Positions 1 to 10,640 of a stretch of 64,000 nt of DNA are shown piece after piece (within the stretch, counting starts at the first letter, position 1; each line of letters starts with the position of its first letter). Source of the stretch: Diadema antillarum (Eukaryota); contig NW_027272868.1 of assembly GCF_040938485.1 (NCBI RefSeq), positions 1-64,000 of the forward strand. Direction: 5' to 3'. The notes under the pieces are model-generated. The model worked only from the letters and a program-made list of their open reading frames with translations, made no database searches and was not told where the DNA came from. The position numbers were made by a program, and so were the translations under genes.

Positions 1-147
1 TGTCACACGTTGACGAGTGAGAGGTTTGGTCTTCAACATGAAGCTCAGTACCAGTAGACAGCAAGTTAGAAGTTGGGACTTCAACGGGAAGCTGTCTGTC
101 AGACGTAGAAGGCGGGTGGGAAGTTGGAACACCTATGACCACGTTAT
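1..147 (-). CDS. Candidate exon running off the window edge
   Basis: Acceptor ctttcacag|, phase 1. Open frame DNVVIGVPTSHPPSTSDRQLPVEVPTSNLL... Confidence 0.45.
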
Positions 148-807
148 CTGTGAAAGTTGAAGATTATACATAAAAAAGACCTTAATGGTAGACAATGACT
201 TTTGCATGAAATTTGTCAGAATTAGTGGGAACACTACAGTATTCAAGCAGACAATATTGTGAAACCTCTGTGCAACTTTATTTATGGAGTTAAGTTGAAA
301 ACTATGATTCAAATTATTTTGGTATATTTATTATAAGGCCTTACATTTATTCTAGACTTAGTCTACCTTTTACAGACCTGTTTGATCGATTGATCATGTT
401 CATGGTATATTTTATCACTAAAAATACAGCAAAAAGAAATAAGTGAATTCTTTACTATGACATTCGTATACCTACTGACATTATTATTTGGATTTTAAGT
501 ATTATATTACAGTCCCCGAACGATAAATGCACTGTTGTTGCTTGAATGCCGACTACACTACAACTGTTATCTTTTGAATTCTACACAACTTTTGATTTCG
601 AAATTTCACAGATATTGCCCAAATACTAATATCTTTGGTTTCAAACAATGATTGGGGCATTTTGTGGGCTCTGCAAAAGGCATTGGCTACCTTAAATGTT
701 TCATCCGAGGGACAAATAAACTGTTTTTCATATCGCCAAAATTAACTCCCTAATATAAAAAAGGGTTGAAGAAAACATAAACAGCGATATTACTGATTTG
801 TACAAAC

Positions 808-1003
808 CGGTAACATGCAGTTGTTTCACAGGTGAAGAGGAAGGGGAGGATTCGCTTTCCCAGTAATCATCTGCATCAGTCATGGAAGACGGGCCGTCAG
901 CATCCAAGTCATCATCTGCAACAGTCATGGAAGACGGGTCTTCAGTATCACCTGTATCTGTAAAGAACACCTCACACTTACACAATTTTGCTGTTGTACC
1001 ACT
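808..1003 (-). CDS. Candidate exon (host gene or transposon-borne), acidic with a duplicated PSSMT.ADD motif
   Basis: Acceptor gttacag|, donor CCG|gtttgt; 196 nt, phase 0 to 1, compatible with the 6659 donor and the 147 acceptor. No recognisable domain. Confidence 0.4.
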
Positions 1004-1680
1004 CTGTAACGAACAAAAACATTGGTCTATCCAAAGAAAAATATGTACAGATAGTGCGCACATATTTAACTCTGTAGTATAGAACAACATTTGGTCATCG
1101 TGGCAGCGTATGGCAAGACAATGGTGTAATGTGCAGCAGCAATTCATGAGTTATAAGTTTAAGAACATCTTTCAAAAACCCTGGACTTACAGAAATATAT
1201 GTTAAAGGCATTGGTTAACAATGAATCCAGTTGAAAAAAATCTGAGCTACATGGTCCCACGTGCTACTAGTAAATCTGATATAGTGTAGAAATGAAGCCC
1301 TGCAAAAATTGCTGTGAAAATGATAATTTAAATACTACTGCAAAAATGTAAATTTGCAATGACTGTTTTACGATGCTCAAATTTCCCCATTGGCTATAGT
1401 GTTGAATAAACTGTTACTGAAATGGTTCATTCTTTATTCATAGAAATCTGGATAGTGAAGGCAGGATTTTCAAAACTTTTATATTCTTGGCCGTTTATTC
1501 ATCCACTTGAACATTGTTACACTGCTTAGACATCGCAGTTGTACAATTTTTTAAATCGACCCACAATATTAACCACTGACTTTAAAACAACCAATGAATA
1601 AGATGGGTCTGTTTGAAAACTTTCTGCTTGGATCACAAATAACTAGCATTAGTCAATAATACTAAATGAATATATATATT

Positions 1681-1701
1681 GGCAACCTTCTAGGTAAATA
1701 T
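1681..1701. repeat. 21-bp direct repeat, copy 1 (GGCAACCTTCTAGGTAAATAT)
   Basis: Identical to 4459-4479; both copies are preceded by an AATATATAT-like tract. Confidence 0.95.
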
Positions 1702-1711
1702 TAAGGTTAAT

Positions 1712-4294
1712 TTAGTTCTTACCATGAGATGTCTCAATCGTAGCAGCAAACAGCTTTTCACTTTTCCAGTCATCTACAGTCCCTCTGCTGTCACACTGCT
1801 GATTCCCGAGAACACAGCCTTTACAGAAACAAGACAGGTTCCTTGTCCACAGCCGTCCACTGCTTTCACCCTTTACACAGTGCAGTTGCCTGGTGCCCTT
1901 GATGGTCTGGACGTCCTTGTGATCTCTGTTGTGATTCATTTCCTCTACGAAGAACACTTTCCGTTGAAAGTGGAGACATTCGGCTTGGCTTGGTTGTATT
2001 GTCAATTCATCTTGGCAGAACTCATATACATCTTTTGCATTGTTCATTACTTTACGCCCAGAACTAATAGCTAATGAAGCTTGTCGTTTCACAACAGCCG
2101 TTTCCCCATCGCTCGGACCTTTCCCATGTCTGGCACCAAAATAGTGATGCTCTACTGGAACTTGGTAATGTTGCTGTGCAAGAGCAATGTCCTTGAATGG
2201 TCCTCTACTTTTGTATTGGGCTGCACATTGATCTGTAAATCTGATGATCTTGTCAATTTCCATGTTTTGCCGGAGATGCTGTACTGCCTGTGACATGAAC
2301 TGGTGCACTGCATGATATGTATGTCGATTATCGCCTGTTATGAAGACGAGTGACTCCTGCATTGTCTCATCACATGTTGGACATCTGTGATAGCAAACAA
2401 TAGGGTGGATTGTGACGTTTGTGTGATACCAATGTGCGCTTTGTATTTCGTCTTGGTACTTGCATACAAAGTTCTCTGCAAAGTCCAAGACCATGACGAC
2501 CCAGTTGTTTGGCATGTCCTTGGTAAGTGTAGCAAACTGCTGAGATTGCCAAGACGCACTATGCAGATGCTTACTGATAGTGACCGTCTCCCCTTCAAGT
2601 TCCTCCAGACATTGAGATACTGTCCCGTCGTTGGTGACAATCTGTTGCTTGGTGATCGTCTTCCCATTCTCGTCCACTCTGACCCGAATCCATTTCTTCC
2701 ATGTCATATGCTTAGGGCCGTGTTTTTCCACCAGCGGTCTCAGGTAAGATCTCAACAATTTGGGACCACATTCTTTGCATTTCCTCTCGGAGCAATGTCG
2801 CATGTACGTCTTCGCTCCTTCAGACTTGGGACACATTGTGACGCGATTCACTGAGTGAACGCCATCAAAGAAGGACTTCATTCCGTAACTGTGTGCTAAA
2901 TTATTAATTGCTGTTGCCTTCAACTCAATATTTGTGCAGTATTCGCACAAACATGCCCTGAATTTGATTGATCCTTGGAGCTTTACATGATGTGGCCGGA
3001 GGCTGTAGAATGTTTTTGCACCTACTTTCATGTCTGGATTCTGTGATTTGAACTTCAAGAACAAAGCCGCCACTGACTGTTGAAGATATCGAATATTTTT
3101 CATGGTCTTCATGGATACCATTTTCTTATCAGGCAGGTCGATGGCTGATTCTTCGTAGAACGAGATGACTGCGCTTGCTACCTCTGGGGACAGCTTTCTC
3201 TTGTCGTGCATTTGCTTCTTCTTGCTTGCCGAGGAGATGATCTTGCGGCCCATCTGCAAGAGAGCCGATCCTTTTTTCTGAAGTCGGTACTTGCTCAAGA
3301 TCTTTAGTGATGCAGCAATATTCCTTCTTTTTTCTAGGTCTTTCTTCTTCTTGCTCCTCTTTAGTCTGCCCATTTCCTCACTAATGCTTGATGTCAGGAG
3401 ATTTTGGACTTCATGATGGGCATCCTCAAGGCCAGTGTGCATTCCTCTCTTCTTCAGTGCTGCACGCTTTTTTGGAGAGGACTTCTGAAATAGATCTATC
3501 ATTGTAGAAACACACTTTTCTCGGTCTTGTGGCATAACTGCCCTTACTCTCTCCAAACTTTTTCTTCTAGCCGAAGAACTTCTCACGTCACATCCTGCAG
3601 ATGAGAGTTTCTTGCGAGTGACTTCCAACTCCGCATGTTTCTGATCGAATGCCTCTGCAATTTCTTTCAAACGTTCCTCTTCTTTCTTTAGCTCTGCTTC
3701 TCGAGCCTTGAGCTTCTGCGATTCAATCCACATAAGCTTTTCTTTTTCTTTTTTCTGCTTGTATTTCTCTCGTCGCATTGCGTTGTATTGCTCATGTTCT
3801 TCTTTTGACATTGCTGCTCGTCTCTCTCGCTTCTTTCTTGCCTGTGCTTGTAATTTTTCTTTTTGCCTTTTGTCTTGAGCTCTGGTGCTAGGTGTTTGTT
3901 TCATTTTGTTTGATTGAAGCCGTAGTTGCTCCTCCTTTTTCTTTGCTCTCATTTTCCTCATTCGCAGAGCTGCAGTCGCATTACACCGCTTCTTTTGTTC
4001 TAGGAACTTTTCAGACTTTTCCTTCTCTTCAGTGGAGATATTTCTCTTCTTTAAGGTGGACTCCGCTAGGGACATTTCGATCCTCTGTAACTTGTTATAT
4101 TCCGCAGCTTTTTTCAACAATTTTGTGTATTCTTGTGGGTTGTTGGCCTTCAACTTATGTCGCCACTTTGTTGTTCGGGAAGCAGCTTCATTACTGTTTA
4201 CTAACTTTACTGTTGACTGTTTTTTTGAGGGCTTCCGGGCCTCCGAATCAATACTACATCGCAACCGAAGATGGAAAGGCTTTTTCTTAGCCAT
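1712..4294 (-). CDS. Intact 860-aa Sola-superfamily (Sola2-like) DDD transposase
   Basis: Single uninterrupted ORF. Basic/coiled-coil N-terminus, Cys clusters (CLCEYC; C..C..C..C), then VLDFAENF..QDEIQSAHW..VTIHP, FTDQCAAQYK and HYFGARHGKGPSDGE motifs giving three catalytic Asp, and a C-terminal SCFC..C. Family assignment is from recalled motif patterns, not a search. Confidence 0.8.
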   Translation of the reverse strand: MAKKKPFHLRLRCSIDSEARKPSKKQSTVKLVNSNEAASRTTKWRHKLKANNPQEYTKLLKKAAEYNKLQRIEMSLAESTLKKRNISTEEKEKSEKFLEQKKRCNATAALRMRKMRAKKKEEQLRLQSNKMKQTPSTRAQDKRQKEKLQAQARKKRERRAAMSKEEHEQYNAMRREKYKQKKEKEKLMWIESQKLKAREAELKKEEERLKEIAEAFDQKHAELEVTRKKLSSAGCDVRSSSARRKSLERVRAVMPQDREKCVSTMIDLFQKSSPKKRAALKKRGMHTGLEDAHHEVQNLLTSSISEEMGRLKRSKKKKDLEKRRNIAASLKILSKYRLQKKGSALLQMGRKIISSASKKKQMHDKRKLSPEVASAVISFYEESAIDLPDKKMVSMKTMKNIRYLQQSVAALFLKFKSQNPDMKVGAKTFYSLRPHHVKLQGSIKFRACLCEYCTNIELKATAINNLAHSYGMKSFFDGVHSVNRVTMCPKSEGAKTYMRHCSERKCKECGPKLLRSYLRPLVEKHGPKHMTWKKWIRVRVDENGKTITKQQIVTNDGTVSQCLEELEGETVTISKHLHSASWQSQQFATLTKDMPNNWVVMVLDFAENFVCKYQDEIQSAHWYHTNVTIHPIVCYHRCPTCDETMQESLVFITGDNRHTYHAVHQFMSQAVQHLRQNMEIDKIIRFTDQCAAQYKSRGPFKDIALAQQHYQVPVEHHYFGARHGKGPSDGETAVVKRQASLAISSGRKVMNNAKDVYEFCQDELTIQPSQAECLHFQRKVFFVEEMNHNRDHKDVQTIKGTRQLHCVKGESSGRLWTRNLSCFCKGCVLGNQQCDSRGTVDDWKSEKLFAATIETSHGKN

Positions 4295-4458
4295 GTCTAT
4301 CGGTGTTTAACCAGCCTGAACTTGAAGTAATCATAAGTTGGAAGGAGGGGGGGGGGGGGGGGGGGGGCTGTAGGGGGGAAAAGACAACATTAAAATTAAA
4401 ATAAAATTAAAACTGAAATGTAGTTCAAATATGATTTGCAGATTACAATATATATTCT

Positions 4459-4479
4459 GGCAACCTTCTAGGTAAATAT
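4459..4479. repeat. 21-bp direct repeat, copy 2
   Basis: Identical to 1681-1701. Confidence 0.95.
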
Positions 4480-5054
4480 GAACACTACATTTTTTAATAC
4501 AGGGGAATCTTGTTATAAAGAACAGTAGAACACTGATCTTTATATCGAGTTTCCACTGTACCTCAAATTTATATTGGGTTGTATATTAATGGCATCATTT
4601 GAATTGTATTTTGAAGGGTGCCCTCTGCGATTAAATGGTCATTTTTAAACTTAGAAACACTAGCGAAGTAAACTTCATGTGCAAATTTTGCCGTTTGTAA
4701 GATAGACAGAGACTAGTGTCATATTAGTAGTAACTTGTATGGTTGAGGGCCCCTAGTTTCGGTAAACTAGCGATTGTCAGCCTCCTTAGTGAAATATTTT
4801 ATTTTCTAAATGACCTAAAATTTAGCTCAGAATGTGCTATAAATCCTGCATATTGACATCGTGTTGTCACACTCTCGATGAGGTCATCCCATACGGAAAT
4901 ATCGTCGAGAATAGCGTGCGACGTTCTTCTGCATGCGCCTGTCCTTGTGGAACCTTGTTCTCAGCAAACTATCTCACCAATAAATTACGTTTGGTTTATG
5001 TGGTGATAACTCAATAAGGAAGTCTTATACTACAGCAAGAGGTCATACCAAGCC

Positions 5055-5090
5055 CCAAGGAGGTACTAGGCAAGCGTAGTACCTCCTTGG
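5055..5090. other. Perfect 14-bp-stem hairpin with 8-nt loop
   Basis: CCAAGGAGGTACTA-GGCAAGCG-TAGTACCTCCTTGG. Confidence 0.9.
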
Positions 5091-6658
5091 TCATACTAGT
5101 CTAGACTCGATACTACTAAAGGGCGCTGATGTCGTCGTTTACCACCAGACTTCCATGTGTAATCAACTACATGTATTTACTTACATAAAAAGACACGAGT
5201 GGGACTAAAGATGCAATATCATTACGAATTACTTTACTCGCGCCGATTGTGGTTTTTTTTTTAATGAAATATTCTTCGAGGCTCTGCCCACACAATTTCG
5301 TTAACTGTGGGTATAATCTACGAAATATCGATCATAAAGTGTAATATAAGTACGATACGATCATGTCAGAACATGAGAAAGATAGCTAGCCTACCTTGTC
5401 AAAAGCGACACGTCGTTTCCATCGTAACAGCTGCCCACGAAACACAAAAGCGGCTTGAGCTGTTCTAACCGGTCGTCTGCAAGCCGATCGCACTCGTCAC
5501 ATTCAAGTCGCATCATCCGGAAACCCGGGCAATGTGTCGTCAACTCGTGAGCGTACGTCATTTGCCGAATGGATCGTGGAGAATTGTTCCCATCGTAACT
5601 TTTTCCACGGACACGAAGAAAATATACAAGCACCTTATTCCTCCGTATTTTCCAAAAGCAGTCAAACGCGATTGTTTCTTTTCACAGTTTTAAAGATCCA
5701 TTGACAACAAACATATATAAGACATTTCTTGCCATGTTTCTCTCGTATTTCTGCAGTTTTCCACTCGCAAATATTTAATCCTCATTACCATTTCGCGGAC
5801 ACGAAATGTTACGATAGTAACATGATCTCATAAGAGGTAATTTTCCAAGAAAAACCTCTTCATTGGGGAATTGTCTATTAGTGCCGACTATGAGAGTTAA
5901 TAATGTGAATAAATACACAACTCATTTTTCTTTACTGTAAATTGTATTTATTTAATATTCAAACAACACAAACAATGTTTTGATGTCACAAAAGAAACAC
6001 AAAAATTACAAAAAAATAACATTTTTAATCATCAAAAAACGGGATTTTCATAAAGTCTCAACTATGCCCTTTTGATAATATATTCTATCACTCCTCATTA
6101 ATCAGACAATGTGGATATTAGATTAAAATAACTTTTGTTGGGACCTCTGAAAACAGATACATAACATGATGAACAGTACTGCCCATTGTGTACCCAACTT
6201 CATGGAATGACCCATATGCCAATGCAACACAAATGCAATGTATACAGAGGTAAACATATGTAAACAGATTAAAAACTACTGAAAAGCAACATATGTTTGA
6301 GGCATGAAATTTTCACAAATTGGAGCCTGCAGCGTTTTTCCTTGTATGACATTTTTGGAAAGTGCCACTGACATCCAGTGCATATATAAGAACCTTCGCC
6401 TGCACTTTAATATCATGAAGCTTTGCTCTCACAAAGTTAGGGAAAATCAAAATGCATGCGAAAGTTTCTGGTGTTACAGTACTACATGGTCTTCAGAATA
6501 ATCATCAAATGCCATCAAATATGGAGCAAATTCTTTCATTAGGACAGTCCTTGAACCAAAGGGAACATTGTCAAATGGGAAATGAATACTGGACTGTTTA
6601 TAAAGATGGACATTTCCTTCATGATGAATGAGAATGTACAAAAGGAGAATACACTTAC

Positions 6659-6712
6659 CTGATGAATCATTGACCTATGTGAACTTTTCTGCATGGGGGA
6701 TATCAAATCCAC
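6659..6712 (-). CDS. ITPRID2: ITPRID-like gene small exon
   Basis: Acceptor ttacttacag|, donor CAG|gtaagt; 54 nt, phase 0 to 0. VDLISPMQKSSHRSMIHQ. Confidence 0.75.
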
Positions 6713-7113
6713 CTGTAAGTAATAGAAAAAGAAACAACAACGAAAACACTCAAGTCTGGATTTAAATGAAAACTACACTGTAGGCTAATGGCCATTCAGG
6801 AAAGGTCAAGGAGCATGTAAAAGTATGGAGCAAGGAGCATGAAAATTGAGGGGCACCTATGGTCTACTTGTGCCATACTGACTACAAAATAAACAAACAA
6901 ACAAACAAACAATAACAACATACAAACGAATTAGCTTCGCACATAATACCAGCTCTATCCCTTCCTCTGATGAAGGTTGATGTTACCACTGTGGGCATAG
7001 GGGAAGGGGTGAAAACCTGTGATAAAGGTGTGCCTTGGAATGAGTGACACATATGGGTGTGGTCTATTCAGAGTAAAGGAATGGTATAAATTGTAGGTGG
7101 ACCCTGCACTCAC

Positions 7114-9011
7114 CTCCATCATGAGGAGACTTCGCAGCTCCTCTCTAGCCTTCACATGGTCCTCCTCACTGATGGTCTCTATCCTGCTCCTACCACCCAG
7201 GGTCCTCAGCAGCCGACGCCCAGGCATCTCTCCCTCATCTCCTACTGGCTCTATCGAGTCATGTGACCCAGTGCAGAATGTGCTACTATCGTCCGACTTT
7301 TGGCGCAAAAGGACCTGATCTCTTTGCGCGGCATCCTCCAAAGGTGGGGAGGGTTTGGATGATGGGCGGTCATCTTGGACTATGGAGGATGGCAGAGTTG
7401 GTTGGGGCTCGTGGGCGTGGTGCGTCGCAGTGGGTGGAGATGAAGGAGCAAGAGATGAAGACACATCCTGCACTGCGATAGGTTGGATGGACTCCTCACA
7501 TACACTCACTGCATAACCCTGCGACTCACTATTGTCAATTGATTCAGCCTGGTCACGTGAAATGGAAGCTTCATGCAACGTACCCTGGACAATGGAAGTA
7601 CTTTCCTCATCACCATGGCAACCCTGTCTCTCCACATTCCCCTCCTCTTGTGTCTCTAATCTACTAGACACCTCAGGAAGGACGGAAGCTTCATCTGCTC
7701 CTTGATGAGTCTCCTCCTTTGTAGAGTTGACGTTTGTCGGATCGATTTGGGATTTGCTTGTGGCTCCTTTTTGGTCAGGTAGCTTACTTCCTGACTCTCT
7801 CTCCTCTTCTGTCCGACACCTATCCTGTAGGCCTTCTGAACTATTGTGAACACTTAAATTGCAGTCTCTCACATCCCCTTCGCTAAGCTCTTTGGGAGAA
7901 CTTGCTGATGCAGGCAGTATGGAAGAAATGTTGGTGGAGCTCTCTAGCTGGAGCTCGGGACTGGTACGGCGGTTGGAGGAAGTGCTTGATAAGGTTATTT
8001 GGAGCGGACCAGAAGCATCTGCATGAGGAGTTTCTGAGCTGATGATGCGGTGCACCTTCAGATGTTGTGGAGTGTCGGTAGAAGGTGGAGGGGCAGTGCC
8101 AGACTGCATTCCTCCTGAACATGTAGCCCTGTGTGTTTCCTTCTCAGTCTGAGATGGAATGACTTCTTGTTCCGTTGACACGGAGTGAGGTTCCCTGAAG
8201 GTCGAATCCACTGCAGCTGTCACGTGATCTAACCCCGGTAAACCAGGATCGTCTCCTGTGACCATCTCCTGGTCTCTGTGTGCTACCCTGAGAGAGGAAT
8301 GTGATTGCCTCTCGTCACTCCAAGTGGTCACGTGATGGGTCACATGATCAACTGTTTCTGCACTGCTAGAGTCCTGGTGCTCATAAATTACAGAGTCGCT
8401 AATTTTTCTCAGTACGTCAAGTCTTGAGGCAGTTCCCATGCTCATCGGTTCGGCGTGACTTTTGTAACTGTAGCACTCTGGGTCTACGCTCCTCATCTTT
8501 CGCAGCTTCGGTGGTCTCCTTCGCCCTGAGCTTGAGGTAATACTTTCTGTTCTCTGGTTTGTGAGCTCCTTGGATGTGGACTGGAGGGAGGACAGAATCT
8601 CAACAACATTTTTGGGTCCACTTTCCTCCTCCTTCTTCTCCAGGGGAGTTGGGTAGGTACATGCCCTATTCCGTTGTGAGTCCATGCCTGGTATTGCTGT
8701 CACGATGATCGTGTCATCAAATGGCGAGTCCTCTAGCGACGCAGTCGAGGGAAGTTCCAGCGATTCTTGGCTTGTGTCTGGTACATCGATCCTCCCTGCA
8801 GATGTTCGCTCATCTTCTGAGCAAGCGGTTGTTGGTTCGACTCCGGAGCAGAGTAGTTCGATGGCCTCACCCTCAAAGCTGGTCTGGGTGAGTTTGGCAT
8901 CCGATGCGACAGTGGAAGCTTGGTGGGGGGATGATATTTCACCAGAGCTGACCCCTTCGTCGGCAAACCCGCTGCTGTCTGACTGAGTGCTCTCACTACG
9001 GCTCAGAGTTC
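7114..9011 (-). CDS. ITPRID2: ITPRID-like gene, large 1.9-kb Ser/Glu/Thr-rich exon
   Basis: Lies within the 702-aa ORF. Acceptor gtcacag|, donor GAG|gtgagt; 1898 nt, phase 1 to 0. Begins with TLSRSESTQSDSSGFAD, resembling the SQSDSSGF motif recalled from SSFA2-family proteins. Confidence 0.85.
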
Positions 9012-9806
9012 CTGTGACAAGAAGCAGAAAAAATAAGTCATGAAATGTGTCTGCAGTGTCCATCTTACCAATGGCCTCTTACTATTTTACTATTAATAAC
9101 ACATTCAATCACTGAAACACATTCACTCGCCCAAACCATTCTATCCACATTCCCTATTATCACTTTTATTTCCATGCTGTTCAATGATACATGAAAATTG
9201 AACATCAATTTAATATCACAAAACCTTCACAATGGGTCATTACAAGTCTTCATGAAGACAAGCACCTTTTCTAAGTTTTGTTAAACAATACTCTTACCCC
9301 CTCTTGGAATCTTCATCAAAATCACTGCTACAACCACTTTACACAGCCTCCTTTTTTTTCTTTCACTGACATCCAAACTTGCTTGATGCAACAAGAACCC
9401 ACTATCTTGTTTTGAAACCGTTACTTTCACAGTCATACATGTATGTGACCGTGCATCACATAACAAATAAAAAGTCGCACCACATAATTTTACGTGAGGA
9501 TTCAAGAAAGGTAAACAGGTCAACCGAGTCGATTTTGAATTTTCCATATTTTCTGAAAAGAGCTATTATTCTTCCACATTATTCTTGAGTTTTGGAACAT
9601 AAATTGAATGGGAAAGTGGGTGTCCAGCAGTTTTTCTACATCGTCAACCTCTTTTTCGGTAGAGTAGTGTGATCAGGTTTTTCTTAGAGGCCCTTTTCAT
9701 TTCTCGAAAATCCTTTGCACACTCTTCACTTTCAACTCTAATAACTTTTAAAAAGATGACGCTACTGCTTTGAAAGTTGACATTTATCATGAACAGAATG
9801 TGTTAA

Positions 9807-9891
9807 CCCGTTGAGGACGGTTTGAGTTTGCTACAACATGCAATTCCCATAGACACCTGCCCGAGTATACTCGGGACTCGTCCTCAATGGG
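9807..9891. mobile_element. 85-bp TTAA-flanked MITE (piggyBac-like CCC termini), copy 1
   Basis: TTAA|CCCGTTGAGGACG ... CGTCCTCAATGGG|TTAA, with internal palindrome CCCGAGTATACTCGGG. Confidence 0.85.
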
Positions 9892-9920
9892 TTAATAGAG
9901 CATGCTCACTTTCAGCTTAA

Positions 9921-10640
9921 CCCTAAAAGGGCCGGGGGGGGGGGGGGGGGGGGGGGGGGTGGGCGGAATCTGCCCCCCTCGACATTTCGTGCTATAATTC
10001 TGTAAAGCGAGAAGGCCTTGTCGCGAGGCTTGTTGGCTTTGTTTGTTCAAGTCTCACGCAACTTTTGAGACCAAATTTGCAACGTCCGCGCATACTTTTG
10101 CAAAGCCACGCCCATTTTTGTAACGGAATGTCGCCCCAAAACGGGCACAATTTTGTGACTGTGTGTACATTTTTCTGTCATGAAAGTCATAAAAACCTGA
10201 TTATCTTTACAATTAAATACTTTCATTGCTTAATTTTGTGCTAATTATGGTAGAAAACTGGTCAATGACAATTTCCAATGAAAAAACGAAGATAAAACAA
10301 AAGTTGAAAAAAATACATAAGAAATTCTGAAAACAATAAAATACATAAGAATTGAAATGAGTATTGGAAGTTTTTGTGATGTACAATTGTTGAATATGCT
10401 AAAACAGATATACAGATCAAAAACTAGACTCTCAATGCTTTTAATTAGGCTAAAATATGATCTTGAGCTTAATTTGCATAATTGATTAATTAAAATTAGA
10501 AATTGATTGTTTCAACAAATCTTAGGACACAATCTTGTAGATTATGATGCGGGTCTCACGCATGCAAAATTTCATCGCGATCAATGGCCGAGATCTTGAG
10601 GGGGGAGGAATCCATCGGTGGTGCGATCGCGATGAAATTT
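9921..10640. mobile_element. Truncated piggyBac-like non-autonomous element related to 29994-30776
   Basis: TTAA|CCCT start, G-run, and internal similarity to the reverse complement of the 30-kb element (e.g. caacttttgagaccaaatttg, aagccacgccc). Right TIR is missing. Confidence 0.7.

Larger units (their letters stand above)
1669..5896 (-). mobile_element. Sola2-like DNA transposon, boundaries uncertain, inside an intron of the ITPRID-like gene
   Basis: Transposase ORF plus a CpG-rich upstream region that ends abruptly at GAGAG|TTAA (5896/5897-5900), after which the sequence becomes CpG-poor and intron-like. No matching TIR found, so the left end may lie outside the window. Confidence 0.5.

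Noticed and set aside
957-980. 24-nt GTAAGT...TTTACAG micro-intron
   Set aside because: Too short for conventional spliceosomal removal; treated as exon-internal or as alternative sites.
1724-4310. Plus-strand ORFs overlapping the transposase (116, 155, 132, 92 aa)
   Set aside because: Antisense shadows of a long coding sequence, with no motifs.
1681-4479. Transposase as a LINE-made retrocopy with the 21-bp repeat as its TSD
   Set aside because: There is no poly(A) tract at the 3' end, and the 5' part keeps an intron-like pyrimidine tract and acceptor.
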